Assembly: GCF_009914755.1 (NCBI RefSeq)
Contig: NC_060933.1
From: the human T2T-CHM13v2.0 reference genome, Homo sapiens
DNA length: 64,000 bases
Strand: one strand, 5' to 3'
The notes under the pieces were generated by a model that saw only the letters and a list, made by a program, of their open reading frames with translations, was not told the DNA's origin and ran no database searches. The stretch's first letter is position 1, and the number at the start of each line of letters is the position of its first letter. Positions 53,590-64,000 of this stretch are shown here, piece after piece. The translations under genes were made by a program, and so were the position numbers.

Positions 53590-53955
53590 TTTTAAAGTAA
53601 TGATAAACTGAAAGATCACTGATTATCAGTGATATAAAAATGTTTTAATGCTTTATGATATATCTACTTTATGAAATACACTGCCATTCATGTGATAACT
53701 GAAGAATATGAAGACATGCTGGAATATTCAAGGGAAAAATTGTTTATATAGCTCATAACCATATAAAATGTGTACATATGGCTGGGCGCAGTGGCTCACA
53801 CCTATAATCCCAGCACTTTGAGAGGCCGAGGTGGGCGGATCACCTGAGGTCAGGAGTTAGAGACCAGCCTGGCCAACATGGTGAGACCTCATCTCTACTA
53901 AAATTATAAAAATTAGCTGGGCATGGCAGCGTGCGCGTGTAATCCCAGCTACTCA

Positions 53956-54888
<933 letters not shown>

Positions 54889-55182
54889 TGAGGAAGCAGC
54901 AGGAGCAAGGCGTGGGGCAGCCAGCTCAGCTGAAGAGGGGTGATTGTCTCATAGGCTTCTCCTAGAGGGACCACTGGGAGATTCTGAGCAGAGGAGTGGC
55001 GGAATGTGACTTCTGTTTTAACAGTGTCTTTCTCGTGGTAGTGTTGAGAGTTGGCTGCAGGGGTGCAGCAGGTGAGGTGAGAGGCTGTCGCGCTCGTTAG
55101 GATGAGAGGGTGGTGGTTTGAGTGGAAGTCGGCCTCCCAGGGTGTTGGGATTGTAGGTGGGAGCCAGTGCACCTGGTTGCTT

Positions 55183-55785
55183 TTTTTTTTTTTTAATAAA
55201 AATTTTTTATTTTCAATTTTTGTGGGTACATAGTAGGTGTATTTATTTATGGGGTACATGAGATGTTTTGATACAAGCATACAGTGCATAACAATCACAC
55301 CAGGGTAACTGGGGTGTCCATCACCTCAAGCGTTGATCCTGTTTTACAGACCATGCAGTTCTACTCTTGTAGTTATTTTAAGATGTGCAATAGACCATTG
55401 TTGACTCTGGTCACTTTGCTGTGCTATCAAGTACTAGTTCTTACTCTATGTTTTGTGCCCATGAACCATTTCTACCCCCACTCCCCACCTCCACTCCACT
55501 GCCCTTCCCAGCCTCTGCAAACCATCCTTCTACTTTTTTTTTTTTAATACTGCTTCTACAAGTGATAGCCCCTAGACGTCCTTCTACTCTACCATCTCCA
55601 TCAGTTCAGTCATTTTAATTTTTAGCTCCCCCACATAGATGAGAGCATGTGAAGTTTGTCTTTCTGTGCCCAGCTGATTTCACTTAACACAGTGACCTCC
55701 AGTTCCATCCTAGTTGTGGATGATGGGATCTCATTCTGTTCATGGCTGAATACTGCCTCATTGTGCCTGTGTGCCACGTTTTACC
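55183..55785 (-). mobile_element. L1MA-type 3' end
   Basis: gggtacatagtaggtgtatttatttatggggtacatgagatgttttgataca is characteristic of L1MA. Confidence 0.85.
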
Positions 55786-56422
55786 TTCTGCTTCTTTCGT
55801 TCTCCTTCCTTCTGTCACTCGCGGCTCTTCCTATCCAGAATGGTCTTTTTCTCCATTTGGTCTCACTTTGTCACCCAGGCTGGAGTGCTGCGGCATGATC
55901 TTGTCTCACTGCAGCCTCCGCCTCCTGGGTTCAAGTGATTCTTGTGCCTCAGCCTCCTGAGTAGCTGGCATTACAGGCTGGTGCCTCCACACCCGGTTAA
56001 TTGTTGTATTTTTAGTAGAGACGGGGTTTCACCATAGTGGCCTGGCTGGTGTCGAACGCCTGAGCTCAAGTGGTCCACCTGCCTCAGCCTCCCAAAATGC
56101 TGGGATTAGAAGCGTGAGCCACCGCACCCAGCGCCCAGAATGGTCTTTTTCAGACTTCAGAATTGCTTTCCCTGGTTCTTGTATCTAAGGTAGCTTCTCC
56201 TGTGTTTCTGTCCCTTTACCTTGGTTTATTTATCATCATCTGCAATTATCTTTTGTTTTTTTTTAATGGCTTTTTATAAAATTGCATAGAAAAATGAATT
56301 TTTCTTTTTTTTTGAGACAGGGTCTTGCCCTGTAGCCCAGGCTGGAGTGCAGTGGTGCGACGTTGGCTCACTGCAGCTTCAACTTCCCAGGCTCAAGCGA
56401 TTTTCCCACCTCACCCTCCTGA

Positions 56423-56665
<243 letters not shown>

Positions 56666-59157
56666 TAGACATCCTGCAAGCCCACATCCTCTTTCCTTGA
56701 GTTTGAGTCAATTGAATGTGTGTAAAACGGCATGTCATTATCATCTTATTTGGTTTTTCTTATTTTTCTTACTAATGTTGAACATCTAAATACATTATGT
56801 TTGTTGTGCCATCAAATACTAGATCTTATTCCAGGGTTTTCCTCCCAAAACATAATGTATTTTTCTTATTTTTGGTTTTTCTTCTTTTCTTATTAATGTT
56901 GAACATCTCCAATGTGGTACTTGGTTGGCTTTTCTGTGAAATGTCTATAGATGTCCTTTGCCCATTTTTTCATGCTTTGTGCTTATTATTTTGCAGTTCT
57001 TTGTATATTCTTAATTTTTTGTTGTTTCTGTGTATTATGAATATAGTCTCCTAGTTTGACAGTCCTTTTTGTATTTCTAAAATTAATTAATTAATTAATT
57101 AATTATTTTTAGAGACAGGGTCTTGCTATGTTCTCCAGGCTGGACTTGAACTCTTGGGCTCAAGCAGTCCTCCCACTTCAGCCTTTCAAGTAGCTGGGAA
57201 TGAAAGTGTGTGCCGCCATGCCTGGGTCCCTTTAAAAAATTTTTTTTTTTTTTTTGGAGACAGAGTCTCTGTTGCCCAGGCTGGAGTGCAGTGGGTGCAA
57301 TCATGGTTCACTGCGGCCTTGACCTCCCTTGCCTAGGTGATTGTACCACCTCAGCTTCCCGAGTAGCTGGGACCACCTACTACTGATGGTCCACCATAGT
57401 AGGCATGTACCACCACACCTGGCTAATTTTTGTATTTTTTGCAGAGATGGGGTTTCTCTATGTTGCCCAGGCTGGTCTCAAACTCGTGGGCTCAAGTGAT
57501 CCGCCCACCTCGCCCTCTCAAGTGCTGGGATTACAGATGTGAGGCACTGCGCTTGGCCCCCTTTTGTATTTTAAGAGACTTTTCTTTCTCTTGCAGTCCA
57601 AAATGTATTTACCTAGATAGGTAGTGCTTAGCCGAGGTTTTGTTTTTGGCATGTAATTGACCTTTTTCTGTGATTGACCTTTTTCTTTTTTTAATGTAAA
57701 TCATGTGAAGCAGGGATTCGATTTCATCTTTCTTCATGTGCCGGTGTGGTGGCTCACACCTGTAGTCCCAGCACTTTGGGAGGCTGGCAGGAGAATCGCT
57801 TGAGCTCAAGAGCTCGAGACCAGCCTGGGCAACAAAGTGAGACACCATCTCTACAAAAAATACAAATATTAGCTGGGCATAGTGGCACGTGCCTGTGGTC
57901 CTAGCTAATAAGGCTGAGGTGGGAGGATGACTTGAGCCTGGGAGGCAAGCAGAAGTTGCAGTGAGCTGAGATTGCACCACTGCCCTCTAGCCTGGGTTAC
58001 AGAGCCAGACCCTGTCTCAAAAAAATTTTTTCCTCATCTTTCTTCATGTGTATAATCATTTTTCCTAGCTTTAGGTATTGAGCAAGCCCTCCTTTCTTCG
58101 TCAGCCTGTCATACCGTATCCCACAGTTCAAATGTGTGGGGGTTTCTGTTTTGTTTCTGTTTTTTTAGAGACAGGCTCTCACTCTCTTGGCCAGACTGGA
58201 GTGCAGTGGCGTTCTGGATATTTTTGGCCACTTATTCTTCAATATTAACTCTAGAATCATAAAATTTCATGAACAATCCTGTTCGGATATTAATTGGAAT
58301 TGCACTGAATCTATGGATCAATTTTGTGTGAATCCACATCTTCACAATATATCTGACTATTTGTGAGCACAGTATATTTCTCTCTTCATTTAGTTTTTAA
58401 GAAATATTTCTATGAAATTTTACAATTTTTCCTGTAGAGGTCTTGCCATCTTTTGCAGGTTTCTTTCTAGATAACTGATGATTCTCTGATGCCATCGTAA
58501 GTGATGGCTTCTCTTTAATTACAGCAGCTAATTGTTTACTGCTGTTGTAGAATAACCACACAGCTGACTACTGAGTATTTAACCTTTCCTACCATCATCT
58601 TGCTAAGCTCTACTATTATTTCTAATACTTTGTAGAACATATAATAGCAGTTTTATTTCTTCCTTTCTAATCCCAGGCCTCAGATTCCTTGTCTAATTGT
58701 GCTGGTTAGGACACGATATGATGTCGAAAAGAAACAATGCTAGTGGATGTTTTTATTCTTGGTTTTGTCTATTTTTATGACTTTTTTAAATTTTTAGTTT
58801 GAAATAATTTTAGACTTACAAAAAAAGTTGCAAAAATAATACATAGAATTCCCATAGGTCCTTTTACCCAGATACCCCAAGTGTTAACATTTTACCACAT
58901 TTGCTTTATCATTCTATATATCTATCCATCTCTCTAGTTTCTGTTTGCTTTTCATGATTATTCTTGATTTTAAAGGGAATGTTTCCAATATTTTCCTATT
59001 TAGGATGGTGTTTATTTTTTTAATACTTGAAAACTATTTTTTTCCTAGACTGCTCAACAGAACTATACTTTTTTATTGGAGTAAGGAAATGCTCTTCCAT
59101 TCCTAATTTACTGAGTTGTAAAAATCATACTTGAGTATTGAATTTTACCCCAGGTAG

Positions 59158-59439
<282 letters not shown>

Positions 59440-59504
59440 TGAGCCACTGCACCCGGCTGTTTTTCTACATCTTTAAAGAAATCTATTTTTTTTCTCTTTT
59501 TTGA

Positions 59505-59803
<299 letters not shown>

Positions 59804-60457
59804 TGAGTTACCCAACAATATCTGCTGATAGTATATATATATTTTTTACACATTGTTGAATTCAAATTGCTGATATTTTTGTTTAGATATTTTTTTTCCA
59901 GACAGGGTTTCACTCTGTCACCCAGGCTGGAGTACAGTGTTGAGATCTTGGCTCACTGCAACCTCTGCCTGTTGGGTTTAAGTGATCCTTCCACCTCAGC
60001 TTCCTGAGTAGCTGGGACTACAGGCACATGCCACAATCCCGAGCTAATTTTTGTATTTTTTGTAGAGATGGAGTCTCTCCATGTTGCCCAGGCTGGTCTT
60101 GAACTCCTGGGCTCAAGTGATCTGCTTACCATGGCCTCTCAAAGTGTTGGGATTATAATAGGTGTGAGGCATCGCACCTTGCCTAGAATTTTTCTTTTTT
60201 GAGACAGAGTCTCGCTCTGTTGCCCAGGCTGTAGTGTAGTGGCATGATCTCAGCTCACTGCAACCTCCGCCTCCCAGGTTCAAGCAACTCTCCTGCCTCA
60301 GTCTCCTGAGTAGCTGGGATTACAGATGCCTGCCACCACACTGGGCTAATTTTTTGTATTTTTAGTAGAGATGGGGTTTCACCGTGTTGGCCCGGCTGGT
60401 CTCGAACTCCTGATCTTGTGCTGGGATTACAGGCGTGAGCCACCGCGGCTGGCCTGA

Positions 60458-60847
<390 letters not shown>

Positions 60848-63800
60848 TGAATTTATTTTGTTATTCATTTGTACCTTCTTTAGATGGATTTGCTGTTAGC
60901 CTGTTAATTTGGGGACTTTCTTTGAAGCTACAGCCTATGGTTCTTGTTCTGATAGTTGGCTTGAGCAGGAAGAGGCAGTAATGATGGGGTGATGTGGGCC
61001 ATATGGCTGGTTAGGTGTCGATTCTTGACAAGATCCTGGTTTTTGTTGTGAGTGGTGGGTTAATGGGTGCTGACCAGGTGAAGAGCAGCATGGAGCAGTG
61101 GTAGCAGCGTCCTGTGTGCTGGAGTGGACTGCTCAGAATCCTCAGCACACTTGAGGTCCACAGAAGAAAGAAAAAGAAACATAAACTAAATAGTAAGAAA
61201 AGGTGCATATTGCAGAGTAAAAGACTTCCCATCTCCGTTTCTGCTCTCAATCTTACTTAAACATGTCACACTATTAATAATTTCTTATAATTCATTCCAA
61301 AAAGATGTTTGTGCACATACCAGCATCTTTCTGTTCTCTTACACGAGTCTTGGTATCATAGACACCCTGTTCTGTGATTTCCCATGCGAGCACACCAGCC
61401 TTTTCTTACCCTCTGCAAGGGCTTTTGGATATTCCCTTGTAGGGGAATAACAATGTCTATAACTAGCCTTCTGTGGGCGGGACTCAGATCCTCTCACCTG
61501 GAGAGAAGGTGGAATGCATGTCCTTGTTCCCTGTGATCTGGGGAACTTTTGCTAGTATATCTGTAGAGTAAGCTACACATATACCATTATTCGTATTATA
61601 TGTACTGTGTATTATTACTACAAACTAAGTACTATATAGTATATGCATAATAAATTCTGCAAAAATTTATCTTACAGATTATATATTTTACAGATTATAT
61701 ATAAGTAAAATTATACTACCAATAGAGAATTGCTCAACCAAGAGGTATGTACTTTTTTTGTTTCAAGAGATGGAGTTCTCATTGTGTGGCCCAGGCTGGC
61801 CTTGGACTCCTGGGCTCAAGTGATCCTGCTGCCCCAGTCTCCCAAGGAGCTGGGACTACAGGTGCATGCCACTGAGCCTGGTGGTGTGTGTTTTTAAAAT
61901 TTGATAACTATTGCCAAGTTGCCCCCAGAGAGATTTTATTAAATGAGAATTGCCTGTTTAGCCATACTTTTTTTTTTTTTTTTCTTTTGAGACTGAGTCG
62001 TGCTCTGTCGCTCAGGCTGGAGTGCAGTGGTGTGATCTCTGCTCACTGCAACCTCAGCCTTTCAAGTAGCTGGGATTACAGGTGCCCTCCACCACACTCG
62101 GCTAATTTTTGTATTTTTAGTAGAGACTGGGTTTCACCATGTTGGCCAGGCTGGTCTCGAACTCTGGAGCTCAGGCGATCTGCCCCCTTGGCCTCCCAAA
62201 GTGCTGGGATTACAGGCGTGAGCAACTGCGCCTGGCCCGATACTCTCATTGACAGACTTTAATTTTTTTTTTTTTGCCAGTTCAATAAGTGGAAAATGGC
62301 GTCTTTGTTGCTTTAAATGTATTTTCAGCTGCATTTGTTTTATTAGTCATATGCATTTATTTCCCTTAGTTTGCCTTCTCTGTTCTTTGTCCATATGGGG
62401 GAGGGAGCCGAGGTGGAGGGCAGGATTCTCTTGGGTTTCTGTGTGGGTTGCAGATAGGTTTGTAAATGACCACGCTCTGTTGCCTTAAGATGGATCTGTT
62501 GACATTGTGTTTTCTACATTTGAACTTGGAGTCCCATGTCTGGGTTGTTTGCTCTTGGCTGGGCGGAACCTGTGTACTTAAAGAGGAATCACTTGCATTG
62601 CTTTTCGGACATGGTGTTTTGTTGGTGCGTCTCCTCCCTGGCTGGTAAGCACAGCTTGCGGGCCTGGCTCTGTTGGACCACCCACTTTGCAACTCTTGGG
62701 CAGTCAACACTGATACTGTACTAGAAAGCGTGGGGGAGTTATAGAATAGCATTTATAGAGAAGGATTGGTGTTATTTACTTTCATGTGACCTTAAAAATA
62801 GAAAATAATATTTGTGCTTTTATTTTGCAGTTTGCCTGGAACCTGAATACACTATTTTAAAAAATATTCCCTATTTTTATAGAAAAAGGACTTCAAATAT
62901 TTATTGTTTTGTATTAAGAGCTACAAACAACTTGGTCTTGATTGGAGAGCTGGCATAGGTGTATAAGGGCCTCTCCCTGTAAGAAATTTGGAGCTGGGGT
63001 GGGCATAGGAGGTGATGTTTAGGAGCAGCCTGAGTGTGGGGAGACTGCTGTGCTCGAACCTGCGTCGTGCAGGTGCGTCCTGGAGCTACTCCTTGTGGCA
63101 GAAGCATTGCCCTGAGACCCAGCCCTGGTATGCTTGGCACTGGGACAGGAGCTCCGGTGGGAGGTGCGCATTGCGAGCTGGTGTTTTCTGTTTGCTTTCC
63201 TACCCACTGTCATGTTGTGGGCTCTTGGCCCCAGAGGTAAAATGTCTCTGTGAGTTGAGTTCCTTGTGAGAGGGCTGGTCCCCAGATTCCATGTCTAGGT
63301 TTTTGTTAGTATTTTTTCAACAGAGCTAATCCTGAGAGGCCCTACGAGCAGTGATTGCTTTGTGGGATGAGCTGTGTTGATGGTTTCTGTGGAGGGACCC
63401 TTCACGTTTTAGGGTGAAAACAATAAATGTCTCGTTAAATGGTTTCCATCTGAGAACACTGATTGTTTTAAAATGGTTGTGAATGCGAGGGTTTAAGCAG
63501 CTTCCGAGGAGGCCTGGAGGTGCCTGGGCGGCCGCGTGCAGCTCTGGAATCCTGCCGCTGGGGCAGCCTCCATTTCGTGAGATGGCTCTGGAGCATGCCC
63601 AGTGCGTGGAGCTTTCAGAGGGAGCCGCCGAGCTGGGCTACTGTGATTTCTCTGCAGTTGGCCGCAGTCAACAATTGCACTAAGACAGGAGGAAAAAAGT
63701 GATGGGGTACAAGCAAGAAACGTGGTATTTGGTACTTTTTTTCTTTTGCTTAATCCCTCTTTCTTTTACACTGGTGCTTCTAGGCTGGGGCCAGGGCCTG

Positions 63801-64000
63801 CAGAGCAGGGACGCTTGCTGTGATGGTGGGGACACCTCCTTGTCCTCCATGCCGCTTGCCTGCCAAAATAACCCTGTTTTGCTCTCTGGTCACCCACCAT
63901 GTGCACTTTCTTGGGAGTGGGATGGGAGGTCCCCTCCAACTGAGGGTACTGAGAACAGCTCAGGCCCGTTCCACATTTGCTGGTAGCAGGAGGAACTCTG

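Overview
Human genomic DNA, recognisable as chr9q34.3; the locus identity comes from recognising the proteins, not from a database search. From left to right: (1) a CpG-island promoter and the complete 8-exon ARRDC1 gene on + (CDS 3400-12820). All junctions are GT-AG and the exons sum to 1302 nt = 433 aa + stop, with PSAP and two PPxY motifs. (2) The antisense gene ARRDC1-AS1/C9orf37 on -, whose 3' end meets ARRDC1's at back-to-back AATAAA signals and whose 176-aa ORF starts inside an exonised Alu. (3) A second CpG island acting as bidirectional promoter for ARRDC1-AS1 and EHMT1 (GLP/KMT1D), whose first coding exon is MAAADAE at 16711-16731. (4) About 47 kb of EHMT1 intron 1, very dense in Alus (mostly antisense, often nested), old L1 fragments, MaLR LTRs, Tigger3/MER DNA transposons and a processed SET pseudogene on -. 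Most ORFs in the supplied track are Alu or GC-rich artefacts. The most interesting unexplained signals are: a hairpin-forming bidirectional poly(A) site; three candidate phase-0 alternative EHMT1 N-termini; ARRDC1 intron-retention products that stay in frame or escape NMD; an E-box-rich promoter repeat; and several template-switch-like duplication scars. Repeat boundaries and subfamily names are by-eye estimates.
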